From Octopus vulgaris (taxonomy: Eukaryota), in the NCBI GenBank assembly GCA_951406725.2, contig OX597814.1:164796001-164860000 (forward strand): DNA of 64,000 nt. Reading direction: 5' to 3'. How positions within the stretch are numbered: the stretch's first letter is position 1; every line of letters begins with the position of its first letter. Positions 51,884 to 64,000 of this stretch are shown piece by piece. The notes below the pieces were generated by a model. That model did no database searches. It saw only the letters and a list, made by a program, of their open reading frames with translations, and was not told the DNA's origin. Both the position numbers and the translations under genes were made by a program.

Positions 51884-52179
51884 ACTGAATTCTAGCGCAT
51901 CGTTTCCTTTGCTTCTAAAATCTAGCATTATCTTTTAATAAGAATGGCAGAATCAATATATCGTCGACCAAATTTCTTCACAGTAATTAGAAATAAAACT
52001 TTACATTCTAAGTTAAGATCCCACGCATGTCAATTTTTGCCATTCAAGATTCCGAGTTGGTAAAATAAAATATTAGTGAACAACTAGGGGCAATACTATC
52101 GAATATACCCTGACACTTAATTTGCAGTATTGAGCCTACATTCAACACTATTCCTTCTTTAATATGTCTGTCAGGTAGA

Positions 52180-52597
52180 AGGCGGCGAGCAGGCAGAATC
52201 GTTAGCACGGCGGGCGAAATGCTTAGCGGTATTTCGTCTGCCGTTACGTTCTGAGTTCAAATTCCGCCGAGGTCGACTTTGCCTTTCATCCATTCAGAGT
52301 CGATACATTAAGTACCAGTTACGCACTGGGGTCAATATAATTGACGTAATCCGTTTTTCTGCCCTTGTTTGTCCACTCTGTGTTTAGCCCCTTGTGGGTA
52401 GTAAAGAAATAGGTATTTCGTCTGCCGCTTAGTTCTGAGTTCAAATTCCGCCGAGGTTGACTTTGCCTTTCATCCTTTCGGGATCGATAAATTAAGTACC
52501 AGTGACACACTGGGGGTCGATATAATCGACTTAATCCGTTTGTCTGTCCTTGTTTGTCCTCTCTGTGTTTAGCCCGTTGTGGGCAGTAAGGAAATAA
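52180..52597 (+). mobile_element. SINE family B dimer
   Basis: Head ggcggcgagcaggcagaatcgttagcac; junction aaagaaata|ggtatttcg at 52412. Confidence 0.92.
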
Positions 52598-52641
52598 GAA
52601 ATAAGGAGAGATCAGCTTGAAGGAAACGCCTAGAGAGATAG

Positions 52642-52712
<71 letters not shown>

Positions 52713-53280
52713 GGGAGAGAGAGAGAGAGAGATACAGACAGAGAGGCAGAGAAATAGACAACGTCAGGGAAAGTGACAAAGAGAGATAGAGACAGAGAGA
52801 AAGAGAGAGAATCAGGAAAAACTGTTGGAGTCTAAGGACCTTTCTCTCTCTTCTAGGCGCTCGATATATTTTGAATGAAATGCATTTGAATAAGAAACAT
52901 TTGATATTATTTGCAGAAGTTCAGCTTACAATGTTTGCAATCTTTCTGAACAAATTAAAGCTAAATAAAGCGTTTCTTTACAGTTCAATTAATCCCCCAG
53001 CGTATTATTTCGAAAGGGAACATCAAGGAAAACATTTTACTCGTTAATTGAAATCAACGAGCGTTTGTAATTAGAAAATAGAAATTTACTGTTTATTGAT
53101 GTTATTTTTTTTTAATTAACTATTTGATTAAATTTTAATTTCTTTTGGTTACATTTTGTTTCCATCTTCATAATAATTTCTCCATAAATCTTCTTTGACA
53201 TGCACGAAAAGACGGTCAACTGCATTCTGTGTCACGAGAGAATTGACGCCAATAAGAATGTTGCAGCCCCTTAATACTTT

Positions 53281-53337
<57 letters not shown>

Positions 53338-53559
53338 CACTGCCACCGCTGCCGCTGCAAATGATTATTATGGTATTTAATTTAGACACAAGGGTTGAAA
53401 TTTTGAAAAGCAATTTAGTAGATACCATTTGAGTGGTATTTCATTTTATCGTCCCAGGATAAATGAAAGGTAACATTGTTTTCGCTTGTATTTGAACTCT
53501 AAACGAAAGAAATACTACTCAAAGGATTCTGCCAACTCAATCGCCCGTCTGCAAAAGAG

Positions 53560-54086
53560 AATGGTTTCAAATTTTGCTACATGATACTTATTGTATCGAC
53601 CCCGAAAGGAAGAAAGACAAAGTTGACCTCGGCGGAATTTGAACTGGGAATGTAGCGACGGGCGAAATACCTATTTCTTTATCACCCACAAGGGGCTAAA
53701 CACAGAGAGGACAAACAAGGACAGACAAACGGATTAAGTCGATTATATCGACACCAGTGCGTAACTGGTACTTATATAATCGGCCCCGATAGGATGAAAG
53801 GCAAAGTCGACCTCGGCGGAATTTGAACTCAGAACGCAACGGCATATGGAATACCTATTTCTTTACTACTCACAAGGGGCTAAACACAGAGGGAACAAAC
53901 AAGGACAGATAAAGGAATTAAGTCGATTACATCGACCGCAGTGCGTAACTGGTACTTACTTTATCGACCCCGAAAGGATGAAAGGCAAAGTCGACCTTGG
54001 CAGAATTTGAACTCAGAACGTAACAGCAAACGAAATACCGCTTAGCATTTCGCCTGGCGTGCTAACGATTCTGCCAGCTCGCCGCC

Positions 54087-54088
<2 letters not shown>
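53560..54088 (-). mobile_element. SINE family B trimer, head abutting (TAA)n
   Basis: Junctions aatacc|tatttc at about 53671 and 53855; head ends gctcgccgcctt at 54088. Confidence 0.92.
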
Positions 54089-54156
<68 letters not shown>

Positions 54157-54216
54157 TTCTATATATATTTTATATATATTTTAACAAAAATGAAGTGGAT
54201 TGACAAATTTATTTTT

Positions 54217-54257
54217 TGAACCAGTTGAAGACACACGAGATGTCGAAATATCGTTCA
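54217..54257 (+). ncRNA. Hammerhead-like fold with non-canonical core
   Basis: ugaac CAGUUGAA gaca cacgaga uguc GAAAU AUC guuca; 5-bp helix I, 4-bp helix II, AUAU palindromic helix III; between short TA tracts. Confidence 0.45.
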
Positions 54258-54519
54258 TTAGATAACAATGGCATTCTTCTTGTATATATATATATATATA
54301 TATGGCACTACAACCAGCCAGGAACAGTCTTCGCTACATTTGCGGTACCTGCCAGAGGGAGTGTTTATCCAGGATAGGACTACACAGCCACAGCAGGAAA
54401 TGTATCAGGACATGAAATATAAAAGCCGGACTAGACTACAAAAAAAAAAACAAAAAAAAAAAACATGCGCAACTCCATTGTCTCCCGAGACAGAAAGGAT
54501 GCCAATACAATCCAATACA

Positions 54520-54592
<73 letters not shown>

Positions 54593-54728
54593 CAGTCGTT
54601 TAAATTTTTTTTAATTACATAAGCGTTTGTCGATGTCAATAATTGAGGTTTTGTGTTCGGGATGTTTATCGTTATGTTTATCACGAAATAATGAGATAAG
54701 AATTCACTGCACGGAAAAAGAGGCTCCC

Positions 54729-54804
<76 letters not shown>

Positions 54805-55616
54805 ATATATGTACGTGTGTGTGTAGCAGAATATGTTAATCGCAACTACTGATTTGAACTCATGATCGACATATAAGGATCAGTCTCGCTTACTCTCCAT
54901 TTACCACACTAGTGCGTGTGATAAGTGTTTATCCCTTTCTTATATATTTATTTGAAAGTATACAATAGGAATACGTATAATATGTGGTTGAATAACAAAC
55001 TCTATTGAAAGTTGGCTGGTTAACATTCTGTTTTACAATAAAGTGCACCGAGAGTTTTTAGTAAACACACAGTAAGCGTGAGATTTGCTGAAATAAAATA
55101 AATATTCTCATTTTTGGAAAGACGCGTCTCTCTCCCCCTCTCTCCCGTTTCTTGTCTTTCCCGTCTCTCTATCTCTCTCTCCTTCTTCCCTGTCTCTTCC
55201 CTTCTCTCCCTTTCTCTTTGTTCCTTTGTCTATTGCTTATATTTTGCCTCTCCGACGCACTTATCACTTTCTCTTTTTCCTTCCTTTCTCACACACACAC
55301 ACATACACACACTTTATCTGACAAGAAACATATTGTGACTTATTTTACCTATCTCTTCAGAAAGATCACATACATACTGTTGGACTCAGAACTATTTCTA
55401 TGAAAAGCAGTGTGGTTATTGTCTGTAGATGCGTGTCTCCCACGCTATAACATCTCATCCATAGTGTGAGACTGACTCTCTGCCAAAGACTGGTTTTCAT
55501 GTCTCAATGTTTCAGATAACAACGTCGACTACAACGACGGAGACACCAACCACGGTGACAACAAAAACAACAACAACAAACAATAAGCGTTACGACACTA
55601 ATCTGACACGAAGGAT

Positions 55617-55647
<31 letters not shown>

Positions 55648-55914
55648 CTCCGCCACCAACATCATCACGTCCCCAACCATCATATCATTATTATTTACAA
55701 AGACGGTTTGCAAAAGCAGTGGTGAGTGGAGGTAATTTCGTGTGAAAAATCAACATAGGTATGAGCTGAAAAGAAAAATTATGAAATACAAAAATACATA
55801 CATATATAGAGCAAAGAAATAAGAACCCACAATATGGTAGCAGTCATAGCCACTTATAATAAAACAGAAATACTGGTGGAATGTCCCAGTGAAGACCCCA
55901 ATAAAATATAAAAT

Positions 55915-56248
<334 letters not shown>

Positions 56249-56459
56249 AATAATAATAATAATAATAATAATACATTCCCAGTTCAAAAATCCGCCGAGG
56301 TCAACTTTGTCTTTCATCCTTTCAGGGTCGATACAATAAGTAAGTACCATGAGGCAAAATTTGAAATCATTATTATTATTATTATTTCTAATTTTCTCTT
56401 TTGCAGACGGGCGATGGGTTGGCAGAATCCTTTGAGTAGTATTTCTTTCGTTTAGAGTT

Positions 56460-57040
56460 CAAATAGCCTGGTATAATGATTTGGGATAGAGAAGAGAAAG
56501 TGTGCACAGTTATGGAAATTAGCCGCCTAGCTGATGTTAACATGAAGTTGAAGATCAGTGAAAAAGAGAACATCTATGCTGAATTATTGAGAAATCTAGT
56601 TACTCTATCCAGATTTATAGGTTTATAGCTGTTATTATTGGGACCCTGGGATATATAACACACTGCCTAAATGCCAATCTTGAAAAATTAGGCTTCTCAA
56701 AACCAGAAAGGAGAAAGCTAATTCAAAGACTTCAAATCCAATCCATCACTGGAACTGTAAAAGTCTGTAAAACTTTCCAGAAGTTTATCATTTAAATATA
56801 TATGAGCATGTCTAGATATGGAACTATATGCATGAAAATACATACATAAAACATACAAATCTGCACATACATATACACATACATACATACATACATACAT
56901 ACATACATACATACATACATACATACATACATACATGCATACAAAAATACCCTTTGGTTGAAATTCTAATGAAGGAGCCTTGGATCTAGGTTAAAAACCG
57001 GTACTTTAGTGGTAAGAAATCTTAAAATAAACTGAATAAT
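56460..57040 (+). pseudogene. R4/Dong-type non-LTR element: restriction-like endonuclease C-terminus and 3' UTR with (CATA)n
   Basis: PGIMIWDREEKVCTVMEISRLADVNMKLKISEKENIYAELLRNL..IAVIIGTLGYITHCLNANLEKLGF..IQRLQIQSITGTVKVCKTF (PD..D/ExK fold, ViGalG motif). Confidence 0.85.
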
Positions 57041-57829
57041 GACACACATAGATACATACATATACATACCTGTATATATATATGTGTGTGTGTGTGTGTA
57101 TGTGTGTATGTGTATGTATGTATATATGTATGTATGTATATATGTATGCATGCATGTATGTATGTATGTATGTATGTATGTATGTATGTATGTATGTATG
57201 TATGTATGTATGCATGTATGCAGGTACACGAGGCAGGAGTGAAAGGTTTTAAGGGTATTGTGAAAGGTCTGGCTGGAGGTCCGACCTTCCGAGTTCTTAC
57301 CTACAGTATATTTTTTTTATTAATATAAAGCTTTTCACTTCATCTATTGTTTACATATTTCGCGTTGCTGTTAATTCCCATCTCATCATACTATACTCCG
57401 TTATTCTAAAAGCAGTTGCTCAGCTTTAAATGCGTATTCGTTGAATTGTTATCCATAAACACTTACAGTTTAGAAGGCGCAGTCTCAGCACATGCCTGAG
57501 CATCACTGACATAATCTTAGAGTGCATATTAAGGGAAGATAACAATGCCACAAAACGCTGTATTGAAAGCAAATTAGATTCTCCTATATATTTATATTTT
57601 CCTGTTCATTTAAATCAAAGTTACAATAATTTTCTTTTGAAATTGCCTGATGCTGTGTAACGGAATAAAACTAGTAATATATTATTTATACAAGATCGAT
57701 TGACTCTGCTAATTTATTGATATGGCATTAATCCTGATAATCGGTAAATTCGATCTCATTTGAATTTAATATCATGGAACAGCACGTATAACAAAGGCAA
57801 TGTAAAATACCTTGAATGTATGTTCATCA

Positions 57830-58605
57830 TTAGCATCTCTAAAACTTGTGCTACTGTTCCCAAGGACCAAACTTTAATTAGCACTATCTTTACGTTCTTT
57901 ATTTCCCATAGCCGGACTTTTCGTACTTAAGAGGGTTGTATTTAATGATCATCATCATCATCATCATCATCATCATCGTCGTCGTCGTCGTCATCGTCAT
58001 CGTCATCATTATTTCTCTTTATCACAGGTTTTGTTGGCGCTCCTGGAGTCTTCCATGCGTACGGTACCACCTAATCTATTCTTTTCAGCTACCTGATACT
58101 TTCCTGATTATTCTGGCCGTATCAAGGAGGCAAACCTTTTGTAACAGTTCTACTGGGCACTCTATTCCAATTTTCATTATATTCTTCTTGTTGCCTTCTG
58201 ATACTGTCTTCATTTTCCTAAGTCGGCTATTTCGTACTTAAGAGGGTTGTAGCTATCTTTTCGCCTTCCTTCTTGACTATTCATGGGTCAAAGGGGCTTG
58301 CAACATCAGCTATATAGCATATGTGGTGCACTTTGTCCACCACTACCACTAAGTCCACTCTGTTATGATCTAGCACGTTATCTGTTTGGATTGGGAAATC
58401 CTTGAGGATTTTGCTAGTCTCCGACTCCACCACTCTCTGCAGTGGTGTTCATACCATGTCCTGCCTCTCTCTAGCCCTGACTTTTCGCACAGTTTTCAGT
58501 GTAACACTTTCGCTACCTGGTCGTGTCGCCACAACTTGTAATGGTTTTGGGCAAGTCTAGACCATTCGTTCGTGAATTCGGAATTATGCAAATGCGGCAC
58601 AGCAG
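57830..58605 (-). pseudogene. Two tandem R4/Dong-type 3' fragments
   Basis: LAQNHYKLWRHDQVAKVLH..KILKDFPIQTDNVLDHNRVDLVVVDK..IADVASPFD..YNPLKYEI..ELLQKVCLLDTARIIRKV; a second YNPLKYE..LWEIKNVKIV..SLGTV piece at 57840-57940. Confidence 0.85.
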
Positions 58606-58659
58606 AAACACTTATCATTATCATTATCCTTATTGTTGTTGTTGTTGTTGTTGTTGTTA

Positions 58660-59179
58660 TTACTGAGTGAGAGAGCAGTGCATGCCATAAAAATGACACT
58701 GGGGTAAAATATACGAAACTCAGTATATCCATCATATCCATGTTTGATATATCCATGTTTGATAAGGTTACACTAAGCACATGCATCACAACCATATATG
58801 CGCGACATGGTGATCTCATATCAAGATAAACAGCACATGACCTTGCCGGTGGGGCCCAGTTAGGATTTTCTTCAGGTCGAGTAACCCATCCAGTTCAAAA
58901 GGGCCCTAAATTAGGATTGTTTAAGGATGTTGAACGAAATACCCATGTTTCCGGAGGTGAATTATTCAAACCCCAAATAATCCTTCTCAACACATGGCTA
59001 TGATGCTCCCCAACTACTTCTGCTCATGATCAGAGATGCACATATCGTCAGCCACTAAGAGACATGCTCAACTGGTTAAGGTCAAACGACTGACAAACAA
59101 ATCTGTAGTATTGAGCAGAATATTTGCTGTAGCCCATCTTTTATACCAAGACAAAACAAAGTACACGATAACACTTCCA

Positions 59180-59181
<2 letters not shown>
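58660..59181. mobile_element. Unclassified interspersed repeat between (GTT)n and (ATT)n tracts
   Basis: Sharp-edged, higher-GC 520-bp block bounded by trinucleotide tracts, lying between R4/Dong fragments; no ORF. Confidence 0.45.
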
Positions 59182-59237
<56 letters not shown>

Positions 59238-59410
59238 GCTTTTGTATAGTTTCTAATGCTGGAGATGTACTACGCTGTAAGCTGTTCACCACAAGTGAAC
59301 TAAGGTAACACCACTTATTTTTTGAGCACCTTCCGGAGTATTCGAGCGGTTCCAAGAAGTGCTGTTTTCTGCAAGTGCTCCACCCTTATTGCAGCCCCTA
59401 TTTGTTCCCC
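59238..59410 (-). pseudogene. R4/Dong-type 3' terminus with (TAA)n tail
   Basis: EQIGAAIRVEHLQKTALLGTARILRKVLKK*. Confidence 0.8.
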
Positions 59411-59454
59411 TATCCGACCAAAAAGGGAGTTAAGTATGTCTTTAAGATTTTATC

Positions 59455-59820
59455 CGAGTGGCTGTGTGGTAAGTAGCTTGCTTACCAACCACGTAGTTCA
59501 GGGTTCAGTCCCACTGCGTGGCACCTTGGGCAAGTGTTTTCTACTATAGCCTCGGGCCGACCAAAGCCTTGTGAGTGGATTTGGTAGACGGAAACTGAAA
59601 TAAGCCCGTCGTATATATGTATATCTGCATGTGTGTATGTATGTGTGTATATGTTGGTGTGTTTACGTCCCCGTAACTTAGCGGTTCGGCAAAAGAGAAC
59701 GATAGAATAAGTACTAGGCTTCCAAAGAATAAGTCCTGGGGTTGATTTGCTCGACTAAAGGCGGTGCTCCAGCATGGCTACAGTCAAATGACTGAAACAA
59801 GTAAAAGAGTAAAAGAGTAA
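59455..59820 (+). mobile_element. SINE family A, near-consensus, short internal microsatellite
   Basis: gagtggctgtgtggtaagtagcttgc..gggttcagtcccactgcgtggcaccttgggcaagtg..cccgtcgtatatatg..gaaacaagtaaaagagtaaaagagtaa. Confidence 0.93.
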
Positions 59821-60279
59821 ATGTGGACTGTATCATACTAACGTGGAAGATATCACCAATACCAGAAGCAAAGAATATCTGCGGGAAAGGAGAACATTTA
59901 TGGAAATCTGAGAAATCTAAATATTTTATATCCAGTTTATAGATTTTCATATGTACGCACTGTTATAAGTGCATTGAGTTACATTACAATAGATATTCAT
60001 AAAAGTTCAGAATTGCAAGGAGGTTTCAAGAAAGAAAAAGTAAACTTATTCTCATTTCCCAAATACAATCGCTGAGAGAAGATCTATAAAATGTTCTTGA
60101 CATTCTCCATTTAGGCTTCCTGGGCTGAATACACACGCTATCATATATCAATGTGGAATACACATAGACAGACACGCTCACACACATACATATAAAGAAG
60201 TAATGAAGTACACACACACTTGCTTAATAAAGTGACATATACTGGTATAGGGAACTCATGTTCTACAAGAAAGCTCTCA

Positions 60280-62345
60280 TCAACTTGATGATGATCTCGA
60301 TGTGCCCGACTAGACGACAGTTGCGCAATACTCGTGGCTATGAATCTGGAGAATCATTTGGATAAAATACAAGCACATAGTATGTTTCAATGTTATGCAC
60401 CAACTCTTAGTAGATTGCTTAAACACGTTTCTCCATGATACTACGAAACAAATAATTTGATGACTGGTGGGCAGACAAGAATAAATAAAGGTATCAATGG
60501 GTGTGGTGGCCAATAGATTTACCCTTAAGGAAACAAAGCAGCATCCCTAAAGTTTACTGACAGCCGAGCTGGCGGACACGTTAGCGCGCCGGGCGAAATG
60601 CTTGGCGGTATTTCGTCTGTCGTTACGTTCTGAGTTCAAATTCCGCTGAGGTCGACTTTGCCTTTCATCCTTTCGGGGTCGATAAATAAAGTACCAGTTC
60701 GCACTGGGGTCGATGTAATCGACTTAATCCGTTTGTCTGTCCTTGTTTGTCCCTTCTATGTTTAGCCCCTTGTAGGCAATAAAGAAATATATATTAAATA
60801 GCAAGATGTTGTTTAACACTTGTTACTTACTCATGTCTGCTAAAGCCATTTACCACGTTCTCTTTGCTATAATCAATAGAATAAAAGGTTGAATCACATG
60901 ATGATGCATATAGTTATCACTGAGAACTGAAGTAATTACTACAATCACAAAATAGGTTATGGATGCAACTATTCAGGGTGACAGTTTGCTTGCACTGGCA
61001 ATGAACTCCATGTCAGTCTTGTTCAGGAAATACCAAGTACGCATATTAGTGTCTGCAGAAGAGAAGAAAATTAATGTCACCCACGCCTGTTTTTTTAATG
61101 ATAGCCTGAAGCTGTTTTGCAATAATATGCAGAACACTAAAGAAGCAGTTAATCTGGTCACAAAGTTCTCATGAGATACAGGAATAATGTTTGGTCAAGA
61201 TAAGGTTGCAGATTTTGTGATCAATAAAGTAAAGGGGTGTCTTTTTCTTTTGTCTCTCAGGGAAATTACTGCAAGTATAGGATGCAAAGCAGGGCATTAA
61301 GACTAGTAGTTGCCAGTGGTATTTACGATATCAGCAATAATACTGACAGGATCTATGGCACATAGAGATATCGAAATGGAGAAGTCAGGTGAGTTAAATT
61401 GGCCTCTGAGTGGAGGCATTATATCAGAAAATATCTATTGAACAGTAAAAGAAGAAATGAATTAAAAGGATAAACTCTTGAATGCATGGACACTCAACAG
61501 AAAGGAACAAGATCTTTAGTATCGGTGAAGGACTCGCAAATCGTTAGTTTGAGTGCATGACTGTTTCATGTAAACAAAGGACAGCTGGACTTTGACACAA
61601 ATTTGGGAAAGGAACACTTTTTCTATCAGTAGAAGGTTATGCATGAACACATATCTTGCAAGTTTGAAAATAGTATTGATATGAGGCTTGGCTTCACTCG
61701 GACCTGTGGTATATTATATCAAAATGTCGATATTCAGAGACAGGAGGTAACTACGAAATTCTTTGTTAATAAAAGAGAGAAGGATACCTTCAAAACATTT
61801 TATCATTAGAAAATATTTAATGTATGCCAGTGTGAAGGATATCAACCACATAATCAGTTTTTCCCTAAAAATTTTCGGAAGGTACTAAACATTTCGTGAC
61901 ACATGACAATGATGCCAACACCATTTGCAGTGATATTCGTATAAAAGATTGCACTGGTAATCGAACCAAAGACACACCACAAGCAACATTTATCCACACC
62001 TCTAAAGATAAATAATGCCGGTATAACATTCTAATAACACTTTTGGAAAGGAATATTCCTATAGAAACAAAATCTTGTGCCAACAAAGCAGAACTGTATA
62101 ACACGTCTAAGGATTTGGGAAACGAGGACATCTATAGTGAACTAATACTTAACTTACAGCTCTTGTATCCTGCTTCTAGACTCTTATTTGCACCAACGGT
62201 CATAGGTGCACTCGGCTATATATAACAGTTTACGGTTGTATAACAGTCTGGAAATACTGGAAATTTTCGAGGAGTACAAATAAAACTTACTCGTATCCTG
62301 ATTTCTAATACTGTGAATATTTGTAAATTGTTCTAAAGATTCTTC
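60280..62345 (+). pseudogene. Heavily decayed R4/Dong-type reverse transcriptase ORF, interrupted by SINE B (60560-60790)
   Basis: IQGDSLLALAMNSMSVLF..VTHACFFNDSLKLFCNN..VNLVTKFS*DTGIMFGQDK (cf. QGDSLSP..HLxFMDDLKL..DIGMxFGxDKC); C-terminal PTVIGALGYI. Confidence 0.8.
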
Positions 62346-62452
62346 GTTTCAGTCTTCTAAAAATGAACAAATGCTCACAATCACATATGTCGTGCATAAA
62401 AACCAATCACAAAGGCACTCGTGTACTAAAAATATATATATAAGCTCATTAA

Positions 62453-62667
62453 TGAATGGGTGCTGAAAAGTTCCTGGTTTGGGTAAAAAAAAATACAGGA
62501 GGATCAGTTGTGATTTTATTCAATATATTCCCCTCAGCAGATTCACACAATTTTTGCAGCGTTCCTTCGGGCTTTCTAAACCTTGTAAAAGAACTGGGAA
62601 GGTTGGGCCTCCAATCAGACTTTTCGTGATAACTTTAAAACCATAAACTTTTCAGTACTTTCTCGTA
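62453..62667. mobile_element. Mariner-type MITE
   Basis: Termini atgaatgggtgctgaaaagttcctgg / ccataaacttttcagtactttctcgta flanked by TA; partial related copies at about 29412-29490 and 57226-57305. Confidence 0.7.
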
Positions 62668-63098
62668 TATGAGTGCAAGTACAACCATGTACATATCTGC
62701 AAGTATGTGCACATTAATTCACGCATTTACAAATTTCTGAAACTTATATGGCACAAAAAAAAAGTTGTATCATTTTGCAAGGAATTGTTCTGAATTCTGC
62801 GAAAGAAAACTAAAGTCAGTAACACGGAGAAATAAACAAACTCTCAGCAAACTTCGAAAGCACATTCTCGAGATATAATCCTTATCCAAACGACATGATA
62901 TGGTAGCCAGAGCAATCTGCAACGGAAGAAGAAAGAAAAGGGTTCTTTTCTCTTGGATTAAGACTTATTAAAACTACATTGGATCTGTTTCATATATGTG
63001 TATATGTATGTGTATGTGTGTGTGTGCGTGTGTATGTGTATGTGCGATTATGTACGTGTACGCTTACGTGTGCATGCGTATGTTTTTGTGTACACACA

Positions 63099-63230
<132 letters not shown>

Positions 63231-64000
63231 GAGGGCGAGTCAAAACGTAATGTAACTAAAGATTGCATTACTTTCTGACTTAGCCTCGCAGATAGATAGA
63301 TATGTGTTAACATGTGTGTGTTTGTGTTTGTATATCCAAACATTCATTATGCATATACAAATACCGTCACTTCCTCTCGTAATCATAAATACATTATGCA
63401 CCCATGGACATATACGTATGTTTGCGAATGTATGTGTCTGTCAGTGAGTATGCATTTATTTTTTAGTGTAATTATATTCTCATGCTCTTCGCTCAATACA
63501 TATTCTCAGTTAAGAATTAGCAACCAAATTTATTCACCCCAAAACCTATAAACTTGTTTATTATTCCAGTTAGTTGCAATATCTAATTAGTATACTAAAG
63601 CAGTGATGCATAACAAACTATTTATTGAAGTATGCTTTGCCATTTCTGAAATCAGCCATCTCTGTCCTCAACCACCCTCTAAAACGCGCCATCTGTTAGT
63701 CCAATATGACCTTCAGCAAGAAGTGTGAATTAAAGTTGGGTTTCTTGGCGAAAGCCATCTGAAAAGTACCCTATATTAATTATATGGAATTTACTTGTTG
63801 CCTTATTCTCAATAAATTTCGGTTGTGTACACACATGTGCACATATTCACTGAAACGCATAATCATACAATTACATAAAACACATACACATGCTATGTTA
63901 TTACTTACATATGAATGTTTAATATTGGCGAAAAGCAATTCGTTAATATATGTACATGTCGGGTTAAGGGTAATTTTATAACAGTAAATATTATATTAGA

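Noticed and set aside
56965-57005. ctaatgaagg..aaaaccggta in the R4/Dong 3' UTR
   Set aside because: Both core halves deviate and helix I is unsupported.

Overview
AT-rich, microsatellite-saturated non-coding animal DNA. The SINE types and repeat landscape look like an octopus/cephalopod genome (inference). No host gene is supported: nearly all listed ORFs are translations of (TA)n/(CA)n/(GTAT)n tracts, and the only real protein homologies are decayed transposon relics (two Tc1/mariner transposases, a CR1/Jockey-type LINE, several R4/Dong-type non-LTR pieces, an internally deleted Gypsy LTR element). There are also a non-autonomous Helitron, DNA MITEs and about 30 tRNA-derived SINE copies. 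The most notable signal is a set of short, sequence-diverse non-coding elements sitting in or next to (TA)n tracts. About a dozen carry a minimal hammerhead-ribozyme fold, often with a palindromic helix III and with recurrent non-canonical cores (CCGANGA, CUGUUGA, UUGAUAA). Several are arranged as inverted duplications with a short unpaired tail, the architecture of Penelope-like pseudo-LTRs/retrozymes. Other oddities: a possible permuted (type II) hammerhead in a two-copy repeat, (TA)n-centred fold-back duplications of ordinary DNA, and SINE multimers that always join at the same internal nucleotide. All folds and alignments were read by eye; none has been tested computationally or experimentally.
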